A DNA stretch of 64,000 nucleotides, taken from positions 15,190,001-15,254,000 of the forward strand of contig NC_135254.1 of the NCBI RefSeq assembly GCF_964204865.1, given 5' to 3'. The stretch comes from Styela clava. Its lineage: Eukaryota. The translations under genes and the position numbers were made by a program. Below the pieces are notes generated by a model. That model saw only the letters and a program-made list of their open reading frames with translations, did not search any database and had not been told where the DNA came from. Shown here in pieces: positions 51,291 to 63,390 of the stretch (positions are counted from its first letter, which is position 1; each line of letters starts with the position of its first letter).

Positions 51291-52562
51291 CTATCCCTTA
51301 ACTTTAAAAACAAGGTTTCCCTTCAAAAACTTGATTATTTCCCTCCACGATTCTTCTTGGGCATCAGAATGATATTTCATAATGCCCCCGAAATCAGTTG
51401 GTATGCCGGGATGCCCTTTTGAGTGATAGTGGTATTTAATTGGAGGAATAAAAGGGGGCCAAATTAAATGCCCAGTATTTGTATATTTTACAAATTTACA
51501 TGAATTATGCCCCGATGTTTGGAAGAGTTGTTTTGCAATAGACATACTTTCATCGCAATCCATTATGCCGTCATCATCTCCATAGATAAAAAGAAACGAT
51601 GCGTCAGACTTGAAAAAATGGGGTATGTGTTTTTCAGTTTCAACTACGGAGGGTATAGTATGAGTTTTGGCGTGGTTTTGAAAGCCTTTGTTGATTGATA
51701 TTTTCTGCTCATCGAATTCGACCGACTTCCAAACTCGTTTTCTGTAATGAATGTCAATTCCCAAGCAAGCGTATGTCATACCACATATGTTAACGACACA
51801 CTTGATGCTCGGTGAGAACGCCGATATTGCCAAAGCTATCGTTCCTCCCAGTGAGAATCCGACGACTCCTATACCGCACTCAAGAACATTTTTGTGACGG
51901 ACCAGGAAGTTTACTCCACGCTGTACGTAATCTAGGTCTATATACTTCAATTCATCTGGTCTATTATCACATTTGAAATATCCCAGCACAAGAACAACGA
52001 ACCCGTGATTTGCTAAAAGTGATGCACGGAACTCCGCGACACCGCCATGATATCCGTCGATATATAAAACCCCGGGTAACTTTTGCGTACAACGGGGTCT
52101 AAAAAGTGTACCGCATATGTCACCGTTGTTAATTTGTATCCTGTCGACTGTTTTGCAGATATACTGCCGTTTTATTGTTAGAGAGGCGATTGGTTTAAAG
52201 TTCCAAATATCTTCTTCTTGTAGAAAGTTATCGTACAAATTCAACTGAATTTCAGCTGGTACAACCAAATTGTATTTTGTTAGAGTTCCATAACTTTTAC
52301 CAACGTAGCTTGGTCTCTTCATCGACCAAAACAAACCCATTTGTTCAACGCCGACATAGCTTCCACCTAGTGACTCATCGCTGGACACAGTCACTAAACC
52401 CGTTTCACTCGCGATGTAGTGAGCAAGAGCATGAAACAGTTGACCTTTTTCGCTAGTCTGCCGCGACTGAATTGTAATTTTCTGTTTCGGCTTCAAGCCT
52501 CGTGCTTTTATTTCAACAAGTTCATCGATTAATGATGTCAGGGGGGCAACAAGTTCTGCCAT
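51291..52562 (-). CDS. Type I acyl-CoA thioesterase / bile acid-CoA:amino acid N-acyltransferase family (ACOT/BAAT/ACNAT), 423 aa, intronless
   Basis: N-terminal SLGGSYVGVEQMGLFWSM; EFRASLLANHGF; nucleophile elbow GFSLG; Asp in YGDDD; His in YTNTGHLIWPPFIP; HSDAQEESW. No C-terminal SKL. Confidence 0.92.
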   Translation of the reverse strand: MAELVAPLTSLIDELVEIKARGLKPKQKITIQSRQTSEKGQLFHALAHYIASETGLVTVSSDESLGGSYVGVEQMGLFWSMKRPSYVGKSYGTLTKYNLVVPAEIQLNLYDNFLQEEDIWNFKPIASLTIKRQYICKTVDRIQINNGDICGTLFRPRCTQKLPGVLYIDGYHGGVAEFRASLLANHGFVVLVLGYFKCDNRPDELKYIDLDYVQRGVNFLVRHKNVLECGIGVVGFSLGGTIALAISAFSPSIKCVVNICGMTYACLGIDIHYRKRVWKSVEFDEQKISINKGFQNHAKTHTIPSVVETEKHIPHFFKSDASFLFIYGDDDGIMDCDESMSIAKQLFQTSGHNSCKFVKYTNTGHLIWPPFIPPIKYHYHSKGHPGIPTDFGGIMKYHSDAQEESWREIIKFLKGNLVFKVKG

Positions 52563-53485
52563 TAAAATCTAATTTTGGCACAATATAAATCTAGTCGACA
52601 AATGAACAAAACCAAACTATTACATATATACTGTATTTGAATTTGCAAAGGTCTAACTAATATAATCTCTGATTCAACAAAAATTAGTTATAAACTGGAG
52701 TTTAAAAACACCCCCTCAAACATATCGTCACGCTAATAACCGAATTTCGTAAGTCATTTTTGGGGATTTTGAGTTTTTTTTATAAAATATGTATTTATGT
52801 AATGCTGTCTGTTAATTTAGATTTTATTTTAGGAATTTCGAAACCCATAAAAATGGAGATTTAGTATGACATGCACATTTGTGCAATTGTTTCGTCATAA
52901 TGAATTATCATTGTTACCGCAGGACTATTATGACGTCACAAATACAAAAACCCTCGCCGAAGTATTTTCGAGTTTTTGCATCTCGGATTCTAGCTTAGCA
53001 CGTATTAATTTGAATTTATACTATAGTATAGGAAGGCGTTCACTGGTGATATTCACTGTCCGAGTCAATTCACTTTGGTTGGCTTTTATATTGGGTGTAT
53101 TGCTGTTTTGTTCTTTATATTTAATCTTAGTCTTATTTCGGTGGGTGTGCAGAACGTGTTATATTGGTGAAATATATATTTTTGAACATGAAAATATTGT
53201 AATTGAAACTGATTAGCTATTTTGGGGATTAGACATTGTAGATACCGAGAATTACATTTGTATTCGGAATGTTTAGTTTTCTGGACTGGTGCATATATAG
53301 CAATTAACCCCCCAAATGTACTCCATTTCATGTTAAAGATATGAAAACAAAGGTAATTTTCCCCAAAATTCGAACAAAGACTTTCGTTTGAATCAAATTA
53401 ATCCACTTTTAGGAAAATAACAAGTTTCGTCCGGCCATTATCAAATTGAAATTTATTTTATCACGATATTTAAACACTAATTATA

Positions 53486-53957
53486 TGTAAGTTCTCATCC
53501 GTACGATGTTCATAATTACCCATATTGAGATAATAGGCGTTTCTGTTTATAACGTGAATCACGAGCTCACGTTTATAGTATTTAATTAGATTTATGATCA
53601 ATGTATGAATACGATTCGATATCTTTCAATGTGAAGCTAGTCTGGATAAATGTTTTAAGATTTGTATTCTGTGTATCGTGGAAATCTGAGAATAAAATCA
53701 GAGTTTTCTAAAGTTTCTTCATTAACGTGAGCATTGAAGCTGAAGGGTGAACGGGCGACTGGCAGTTCTGAGACGGTCTACGAAATAGCAATATACGGTG
53801 ACATCACATTCATTTACCAATCATATATGCTATAAATGGTGATTCCGACGTGATTTGAACACGCAACCTTCTGATGCGACTGACAGTTCTGAGACGGTCT
53901 GCGAAATAGCAATATACGGTGACATCACATTCATTTACCAATCATATATGCTATACA
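53486..53957 (+). mobile_element. Solo-LTR-like unit with an internal tRNA-Trp-derived segment and a duplicated 3' (U5-like) end
   Basis: TG...CA ends with TATA on both sides (53482-53485, 53958-53961). AATAAA at ~53692. An ~80-bp direct repeat at 53755-53836 and 53876-53957 is separated by a TGG-initiated tRNA complement. The left boundary is less certain. Confidence 0.55.
53837..53875 (-). pseudogene. 3' half (nt 38-76 including CCA) of tRNA-Trp
   Basis: The minus strand reads ATCAGAAGGTTGCGTGTTCAAATCACGTCGGAATCACCA. This matches the conserved metazoan tRNA-Trp(CCA) 3' anticodon stem, variable loop, T arm and acceptor strand plus CCA. The 5' half is absent. Confidence 0.85.
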
Positions 53958-54632
53958 TATAGTAAAGTTGCAAAATTGCGTATGTCCCCAAGTCATAGAC
54001 ACATGTCTGCCTAAGTCACAGTGCGCCATTATGACGTCACTTAACTGCGTCATTCCAATTAACTTAATTCTGGCTACGATCAAAAAATTGAAACATGGAA
54101 AATTATTGACTCTCAATGGCATAACAATATCATTAGGAAGTTTTTTACGTTTTTCTCAAAACTGCTAAAAATGACTTACGCAATTCGGTTATTAGCGTGA
54201 CGATATTCATATTTTTCCTGACTTCCCAGCGCATAGCACTTTATATTTGTTGTATATATCTCAGTCAATTCCGATAAAAAATATTTTTATACACTGAGTA
54301 TGCTATTAGATATTAGTAAATTAGCAATTCAGACATGTGTGGCGACTCAGTGTCGCAGCCAGTTTCGAACCCGAAATTTTGGGAAGAATGGAAAAGTCGC
54401 TAATAACGCGTGAAATTGCATTTTGTTAAAACCGCCGATTGTTTTTGTTGGCGTGACGTGTTATTCAATCCGTAAACACTTTGTTTCATGTTTATTCTCC
54501 CTAAATCACATATTTTATTCATATATATATATATGTCTTGTGCCACGAGGACGATGACAATTACTTCCTTTGTACTAGCACGGAACTGTGACTCCTGAGA
54601 GAAAACGAGCTATTATATTTTAAGGAACACAC

Positions 54633-55921
54633 TTGTTACTTATCGATTTTAATCGGTAAGTATGTTGATAGGTGTCTGTTGGATCTCCGCTCTATAGGAG
54701 ACCCCTATTATCAGTGTTCTGTCTGTGTATCTGTCTGTCTGTCTACGTCTGTCTGTCTGTTTAGACGTAGCGTCTAAACGACTGGACCAATTAAGATGAA
54801 ATTTGTCACGTGGGTTATCTTATCACCCTGGTATTGTGCGTTTCATAGAAAGTCCGGATGGAGGTTTCGTTTCCATGAAAACAGCGAAAAACGCGCTGAT
54901 TGTTATGAAATTTTAATTTTTTCCACAATTCATCGCCGTTTTCTCGCCAACCAAGTCGAAAATTAAAATTCCAAGAACGCTACCTTCCGCATAGCAAAGT
55001 ACTCTTTCCAATAGGTCGTTTTTGGTCTCGATACTCCATAAACTGGAAAAGCCTCAGGGATTTTAGTGGAGATTATTTTTTAATTTTCAGCCACAATATA
55101 CCAGTCACGCGAGTAAGACTACGAAACGCGCAGCGCTTGAAATGAACTCAGCGGAACGCGCAGCGTTTAATTAAATGAACTGGCGTTTTTAGTAGTGTCT
55201 CCTAATCAGTTAGTAAACTGAAACGATGCGGGCCTCAAAGCAATGGCGGAGATCCAACTGGGCGCCTACCGGCTTGTTACTTATCGATCCTAAGATCGGT
55301 AAGTATATTGATAGGTATTTGTCTGTCTGTCTGTCTGTGTGTCTGTTAGATGCATGCGATATCTCACGAGAGCGAGATTGAATCTGCTCCAGATTTTGCA
55401 TGTGCATTCATCTTATCTCGGACCAGAAGCCTATTGATTTTGGGCGAATTATGTCGTATAATTAGCGAGTTATCAATCAATTATTGATATAGTGATCTAG
55501 ATTTTTGTAAAGCGAGAGAATTTTGAAACCCGCCGAGTGTGTGTGTGCGATGCGCAGTGCGCAAGTTACAAGAGCGGATGAATCGAAACTGCAGTTTCTG
55601 TTTTGGGGGATCCCTTAACTATCGATCGATAAGTCTTCGGTTTCCAACCGATATTCTCGTCTGTTTGTTTGTCTGTTAGATGCACGCGATATCTCACGAA
55701 AGCGAGATTGAATCTGCTCCAGATTTTGCATGTGCATTCATCATATGTCGTACCAGAAGCCTATTGATTTTGGATGAATTATGTCGTATAATTAGCGAGT
55801 TATTAGTTATTAATTAATTGGTGATGGGACACAAGGTGTCACTATGAAGTAAGAGCGCTGTTTTGAGGGAACCCCATAACTTTCGATCGATAAGTCTTCG
55901 GTCTCTGATCGATATTCTCGA
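54633..55921 (+). mobile_element. Cluster of Helentron-associated (HINE/DINE-1-like) elements, two families
   Basis: Family 1: 5' ACTTATCGAT / 3' ATCGATAAGT subterminal inverted repeat, a 3' TCGGT..CCGA-type hairpin and (GTCT)n; copies at 54633-54678, 55275-55660 and 55660-55921. Family 2 at 54679-55277: TTGGATCTCCGC / GCGGAGATCCAA inverted repeat and (GTCT)n. Confidence 0.75.
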
Positions 55922-56434
55922 TTAAATATTCTTTCATATCTATACTTTAATCTTCAGGAACGAGATGCCAAAGATAAAGAAAGGATTGAATCCGCAGCCC
56001 AAATTTTCTAGATTGAAAAGCGGCCGTATAAAATACTAAAAATAAAACGAAGAACACGCAAGTGTTGTTTTAGGAGGCCCGCGACAGATTAAAACGCTTC
56101 TTTAGACATCGTGAATCGCAAAATTTCGTGTGCGTACGGCTTACATTATTAAGCAGTCCATTGTGTGCGAGAAGTACCTTTTTATCAATTCTGAAACTAC
56201 CCACGGGGCCCGGAATATGATGATTTTAGATAATTATTGTATATTCAATTAATTTTTTGAAATAAATTTCATTCCCAAAAATATTGCAGACTTGGGGATT
56301 TAACGGTGATATATATATATTTAAAATAATTTGAATGGCAGCATTGCGGCAGAGTAGAGTCAAGTCAGTGTTGCTAGAACATCTCAGATTTTTTGAATTC
56401 GCAAAAATACGAATCACAACAAGACGATTTTTAC

Positions 56435-57020
56435 GTCCGCGGACTGTCGTGGTATTTCAGAGTAGTATGGCTTTTATGTTGTTGACGCAACCACAGGTTA
56501 AATTAAACACAATTGTATTAACAAAGCAAAACATTTTAAATATGCCCGTATCGCGTCAACCGTTTCAGAAACCTCTCGCAGGAATTTCGAGGAGAGATTT
56601 TGATATAATAAAATGTGTTTTTATTGTACACAGTTCAATTGTACTCTCTGAGATTATAGCAGATCTTGGGATTTTTTTAACGGCGATAACGAATTCGCAA
56701 GATCGCATAAATACGTATCCAAACTAAATATAATTGGACAGTTTACCACACAATATTCCGTCCGCAGATTGCCGTGGTGCTTTAGAGTAGACTTTTAGAG
56801 TAGTAATGCTTTAATTTTGCTGTGGGGCGACGCAATCACGGGTTACCTTAAACACAATTAAATTGATATAGAAAAACATTTTAAATTCTCACAGTTGTCA
56901 TGGATTGAATATTACGCAGCAGAAAAAGTCATTATACCTGAAAAAGCTCTTTTAATGAACTCGTAATCGCGAGACCGTTTCGAAAGCCGTTGCATCGGAA
57001 TTTCGGATCACGATTTTGAC
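56435..57020. repeat. Degenerate direct repeat (~325 bp period)
   Basis: GTCCGC(G/A)GA(C/T)TG(T/C)CGTGGT...AGAGTAGTA...TTAAACACAATT...AAAACATTTTAAAT occurs at ~56435 and ~56760. Confidence 0.55.
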
Positions 57021-60000
57021 CCCCTTTAGGAAATCCTGGCCGGCCCCAGTTCCTGGCGTTTCTTGTTTTATCTGTAATTCCCTATCAAACGTTAAATACA
57101 GATGTATCGAGATACTTGTATAGCACTGCTTCTTCCTTGCCTACTTTTCCTGGAAAAATCGAACCTTACACGAAATGACGATGTGAATCTCCTCATAGCA
57201 ACTCAAAACTATTCTAGAAAGAATTGCTAAAGCTAAATAACTGTTTGCAAGCCCAAGCTCCGGTTTTGTAGTTTACCAAACTCAAACGCGATGCTCATTT
57301 ATTACGCCAGGCCTGCCTTGTGTCGTGACTTCAAATAAAGTGTGAGATATTAGCAAAACGATGAAAATATAACCAGCAATTCCATTGAACTTCGGAAGAC
57401 TTAGATTTTATACTAATGGATACTCTGCCATCAGTGTCTCGGCCTCCTATTTGACTTTCTCTCAGTCTGAAAGAGGATATATACGCTGTCGAGTGTCGTG
57501 TGTGTAATTTGTGTCTCTGGATCAGTCCGCCTTGCAGAAAAATCACGTAGTATGTGCAAATCCTCTGTTGTGGCAACATCGAATTTGTGACGTATCCAAG
57601 ACAGGTAAGCAAAGTATATGCTTCAGTGTCTCAGGTTACTGTGTTCAACACATTGAAAGAGCTTGTGTGGCGGGACTGGAGTTGTCCTATTTTTTATTGT
57701 TTTGTATTATATTTATATTTGTGTCTAGTTATTGCATATGCATTGGTGTGTGGAGTCTGAGCCTTAATTCGCCCGACAGTTGATTTCAGTTACTCGACTC
57801 CAACCACCACTGCATATGTAAACTGTGCTGCGGATTCGCAGTGTCAGTCTCTCTTCTTGTTTCTGCTGTCGCTGGATGAGAACCGTATTTTGTCGCTCTT
57901 ATTTTATCTGGTTTAAGCGTGGATTTTACACCATTTTAATAAAGTCTCTTCGTTTGCATCGTGAACACTTTATTGTCCTCATCTCTTTGTTCAATGTGAT
58001 TTATAAAATAAATAAAACTTTTTAATTTTGCGTTACTTTTTCCACTTTTAAAGATTAAAATTTGCGTTATTTTTTTAACACTCTGTATATTTTACAGCTT
58101 TGCTTCGACTGCTTTTGGACATGGAAGGATTCGAAAAAGAATCATAACGATCAATCATTAAAATTTTCTATGAGTGATGAGAAATTTGGCCAAATCCTGG
58201 AAGAAATACAAAAACCAAAAATCTACATTTCAATATGAGTCATCTTACTGTATCGCTATTTTTTCAATCTGAGGTTGATACGAAAATTTATCTTTTAATA
58301 ATAAAGCGTTTATATTTGAAAAAAATACTTTTATTCAAATTGTTATGTTTTGTATTAGACCAGTGGTTGCCAAAATTTTTAGTATTGTTAATTTGTTACC
58401 CCTAAATCGAATTACCAATAGTTCAATTATCCCTTTCATAACAATACAATAGTCATATCGTTAGCCCTTTACATTTGACCAAAAATGGCGATAACACTAA
58501 CACCCATTGCTTCTCCCGATTCAACTTTAAGATGCTAAACTTGTGCAAACTCAGCATTTTTGCCCACAATAATGTATGGCGAAGTAACATTATCTCCCCA
58601 CGAACTTCGTGACTAGATGACTCATTGATGCAAGAATTGCATTTCAAGCTTTTCCACAGACTAGTCACAAGTACGCAATTACAAAAGAAATTGTTAAAAC
58701 AGGATGGTGTGGTATATTTTATAAGGTCTGTTTTAATAGATTTTTTTCTTTCAGATATTGAATTAAGCATAAATAATTTCACGTTTTCTAATATTTGTTG
58801 TTGATTCCATCAGGTAACAAAATTGATAAAATTTATCCCTTACCATATTTATTTCGGAATGACAAATATCTTGGATTACCAATAATGGACGCAGTGAAAA
58901 CGCATTCATTTGAAGTAACTCGATATAAATATTGTTAAATGTAACAAATAAATTCAGTTTTCAGCTAAATTTATTTATATTTCAATATTAGGAATCTAAC
59001 TGGCACAGTGGTCGACGAAAGAGAGTTGGTTGTATCAGAAGTCAAGGCTGGTAAAACGATAAAACTAGAAGTTATTTTCAAGTATAAATTAAATCATATT
59101 TGATTCAATGTATACCAGCAAGTTTCAAAGTTATCTTTGACAGTTTCCATCGTAGCTATCATTGAAGGCCCTAAATTTAAGGTGTTTACAATTTTTTGTA
59201 AATATTTGACATTAGGAAACGGCAATTCTCTCAGTAATCCTTGCATTTTTTCACTTTGAATTTTTCTTACTGTGACGCGTAATATCACAAAATATTGTAT
59301 CTCATGCAAGGGCAACACTTCGGAGGCCGAAGACTGCACCGGCCCGCCGAGAGAATCCACAAACGGTACATTTACCGGCTGTAGCATTTTAAACTCCAAT
59401 TGACATATAAAAAAAACGATATTTACAAGATCACCCATGACCTTCCTGACTTGGAACAGCACATTCATCTGAACACGGCTCTTAACCACGGTGTTTGATA
59501 TTACCAATTCAACCAAATTTTCGGTCTAATATGTGTCACTTGCAATTTGAAGAATGGTCTCCTGCGGCTTTCTTATTTTGGCATGCGATAGAAGGAATTT
59601 GATCTGGAATTTTTCATTGCATAAGCTGATATGGCTTTGTTTACGTTCAAACATTCTGTTGCGCTCAAAGAAGTTTTCGTGCAGTGTGTATATTTATTGA
59701 TCACATTGAAATGCCAGTCAATGAGCATACCATTACAAAAAAAGGTGACCGTACATTTGAACCCACGTACATACGTGTATATAGTGAAACTTTGTCTTAA
59801 TAAGCAAAGTTCTAAAAAAGATTTTCTGTTTATGTTTTAATATTTACATATATGGAATAATATGCCAAGATTTAAATGAGCTCTGGCCAGTGAATTGTTT
59901 TAAAGCAGCCTCCAGAATCGAAGCCTAACTTGCTTCACATATGTTATATAAATTAAAAATATAAAATCGAAACGCCATGATGGCGATTTATACTCCACTC

Positions 60001-60156
60001 AGTCATTTTTTGATTTTTATTAAATGAATGGGAAAATGACGGATTTTACATACCTCCAATGAAATAGAGTAATAATTGTACATGGTACAATTAACGGTGC
60101 TCCCGAAGTATGTGCACCAAGATGTCGCATAACCTGAACCCTAACCTGGTACACAT

Positions 60157-61346
60157 TAGAGATGTACCGATACCACTTTTGTCGCCGATACCGATACCAG
60201 TTAAAAACGCCAAAAAGGCCGATATTCCGATACTATGTAATTATTACTCAATTAGGTGTGCTGTGTAGGGCAGACGGGTTAAAACAATGGTCTTTGAGCA
60301 TCGTTCATAGTACACATTATTTCAGATCGGAAAAAGAGATATCACATAATATGAAATTGATGTTTGGTATCCAGATGCTTTTGATTAGTGACGCTAGTAA
60401 TCTCGCTGTTCAATTAGAAAACTCATAAGCCGGGATGTCCAATTCGAATTTAATGTTAATATCACGACCTTCGAATCTCGTTATTCGTGTTTAAAAGAAT
60501 ATCGAATATCGCCCACACATTGTAGCGCTGCCGTCCTTCGTTCAAATTAAAAGCATTTTACAAATATTTTATTTTGTGGTTAATCGTAATCGTCGCCGCA
60601 ATAAATCGAAGCCAACATTAAAGAATATCAATCAGAACCGACAAGAAGAGGGCCTACCTATAACCGTCGAGGATGTTTTTTTACTTCACCTATTTATAAT
60701 ATTTTACAATTGCTATCATATATTTGAGACAGTCTACTAGTCTAGGGCTTTATGCGGTCATGTCAATATATCAATAAAGAAATTGTGTAGTTAAACAAAA
60801 TAAAATTAATACCTGCGTAGAGGGATAATTGTGTCGGAATTTAGTTTATCGATGTCGACGGACTAAGTGACACTCGTAATTGACAACGAACAGTCAGAAT
60901 TCAAAGCCGTGCCCAAAGTGCATGTGCCGTTAATAAGGACTCCAACTCCACTATATGATTTAATAAACTGGGCGCCTAGTTGCTTTTTGTTATGTGCCGT
61001 GTTGATATATTTCTTCATAATTACTATGTAATATTAAAAAATGTCAGTATAAAAATTTGACAGCGAAAATAGCCAAATTAGTCTAGCTAGTTTTGCTGAT
61101 AAATAGCTAAAAACAGGTGAATCCTATTCCCTCACGGGGGTGGGGACATGTATGGCTCATAGCTCACGATCTCTCCAGACGAAAAAATAAAAATTAGTAT
61201 TCTTACTTAACTTTTAAAACATTCTGGACCGTATCAAAAAGATAAATGTATCGGAAATATCGGGCTTAATCTAACCGATACCGATACATGGCCGATACCG
61301 AAAAAATGGCCGATATTGCCGATACCGATACATCGGTACATCTCTA
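60157..61346. mobile_element. Non-autonomous hAT (Ac-like) element, 1190 bp
   Basis: TIR TAGAGATGTACCGAT / ATCGGTACATCTCTA, with multiple CCGATAC subterminal repeats at both ends. An 8-bp TSD is not retained. It directly abuts the left part of a MITE copy. Confidence 0.75.
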
Positions 61347-62535
61347 TTTCAAACGTGCATTATTTCAAGAAGAAAAAACCTCAAAATTATCGAAGAGAAC
61401 ACCAGTCAGAAGAATTTGTGGCGTTAAGGTTACTTTACAGTAGGGCTCACCAACCCGTTGCCCGCGGGAACCAAGTCGCCCGCAGAGACCATATGAATCG
61501 CCCCCAGGTCTGTTTTAAAATAACTCAAATAACGGCGATTATCAGTAAGCTACATCTATTAATTTTATGATATGAGAAATGGCAATATATTAATTACTGT
61601 GACGGTCTACCTTTTCTATATGTGACATCGGTAGGCTTACCATACGTCCCGCTTTAGGCGGGACAGTCCCGCGTTAGGCACTAGGTTTATAGTCACATTG
61701 CTCTGTAGTAGGCAGTAGGCTACTACTGCAGTACCAATCAATTTTATTTTGGTCGCTCTGGCATAAAACGAGGCAGAGAGAGAGAGAGAGAGATTTATTT
61801 CCACAAACAATAAAAAAACAATATTAAATAATATCGATAATTTTTACAGAGTTAGACTATAATGAAAACAATGAAAAACAGTATAAAACAATATCGATGA
61901 TTTTCATAGAAGTAGTCCATGTTTTGTGTTGGCCAGTATGCCAGACCGTTGAAGGTCATCAAGGCTCCTGACCAATTTCACACTGTTATTGATTAAGAAG
62001 TCGGAATTAATTGTTACAATATAAATATAAAAAAGACGGAGAATGAGTAGGCAGATATTTTAGTTCCACGATTACACACTAAAAGCCCATTGTGATAGAG
62101 TTTAGAGGACATGTGTAAAATATATATAATACCAGTGCTACATTGTGATCTAGTACATTAGGCAACAACAAACGGTCAAACAAAAAAAACAGAGATTTCC
62201 CGGAAGACGAGCATAACTAACATAAAATTGGACACACGATAAAAACATCGGCAATAACTTTTAAATCGATTTAATTGATGCCAATATTAATAATTGTCAA
62301 CGTGTTTATATTGCTTATTATTGTGAGACGAATTAACATACATACAGAACACTGATCAAAAGGACAGGGCAACACTTTGTACAAACGAGAATTCACGTAG
62401 CTTTCACGGAATATTGCATATATTGATTGACCAATGAACCAAATGTACACTTGAGTAATTATCTGTAGATCTGTGAAAAGTTCGCATAACTCAACATATA
62501 AGAACATTGATTTGAGCAAACTTATAAAAGTCATA

Positions 62536-63390
62536 TTGGGGATGGCAAAATAGGGATGGCGAAATACGGTCGAAAGGTGGCAGATTAGGGATGGCGAAAT
62601 AGGGACGAAAAGCCAAATTGGGGATGGCAAAATGCGGTCGAAGCGTGGCAGATTAGGGATGGCGAAATACGGTCGAATGGTGGCAGATTAGGGATGGCAA
62701 AATGCGGTCGAAGCGTGGTGGCAGATTAGGGATGGCAAAATGCGGTCGATGGCTGTCAGTTTTTGCCAAATCGACTGTCATAATGCGCTGTTTAGTATAC
62801 AGATAACAATAAACAATTGCCTCAAAATTACAAAGAAATATGGCCAAAGTGTTTAGATTTGGGGCTGATGAAATGGATTAGTACCTGTCAAATTCGGGCT
62901 GGGAAAACACAGTCGATGAGTGTCAAAATGGGATGGCGAAATGGGGTCGAAGCGTGGCAGATTAGGGATGGCGAAATGCGGTCGAAGCGTGGCAGATTAG
63001 GGATGGCAAAATGCGGTCGAAGCGTGGTGGCAGATTAGGGATGGCAAAATGCGGTCGAAGCGTGGTGGCAGATTAGGGATGGCGAAATACGGTCGAAGCG
63101 TGGCAGATTAGGGATGGCAAAATGCGGTCGAAGCGTGGTGGCAGATTAGGGATGCCGAAATACGGTCGAAGCGTGGCAGGTTAGGGATGGCAAAATACGG
63201 TCGAAACGTGGCAGATTAGGGATGGCGAAATGCGGACGAAGCGTGTCAAATTGGGGGTGGCGAAATAGGGTCGATTCCTGTCAGGTTAGAGATGATGAAA
63301 TATGGTCGATGCGTGTCAGATTAAGGAGGGCGAAATAGGGCAGTGGGTTGACGGGTGTCATGTTAAGGATGGCGAAATGCGTGTCAGATT
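62536..63390. repeat. Minisatellite, 30-33 bp unit, in two arrays (~62536-62750 and ~62930-63390)
   Basis: Unit GGCAGATTAGGGATGGC(A/G)AAAT(G/A)CGGTCGAAGCGT(GGT), homogeneous centrally and degenerate at the edges. Confidence 0.92.

Larger units (their letters stand above)
52726..54202. mobile_element. Non-autonomous TIR element with 4-bp ATAT TSD (possibly Sola-type)
   Basis: ~35-bp TIR CGTCACGCTAATAACCGAATT(T/G)CGTAAGTCATTTT at both ends, with ATAT at 52722-52725 and 54203-54206. The superfamily is inferred only from TSD length and composition. Confidence 0.75.

Noticed and set aside
53837-53875. Functional tRNA-Trp gene
   Set aside because: The 5' half and anticodon are missing and CCA is encoded, which indicates a cDNA-derived fragment.
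62536-63390. Telomere, CRISPR array or repeat-protein ORFs (62271, 62653, 62817)
   Set aside because: TTAGGG is isolated within a longer unit and is not tandem. There are no spacers, and the ORFs are by-products of the repeat.
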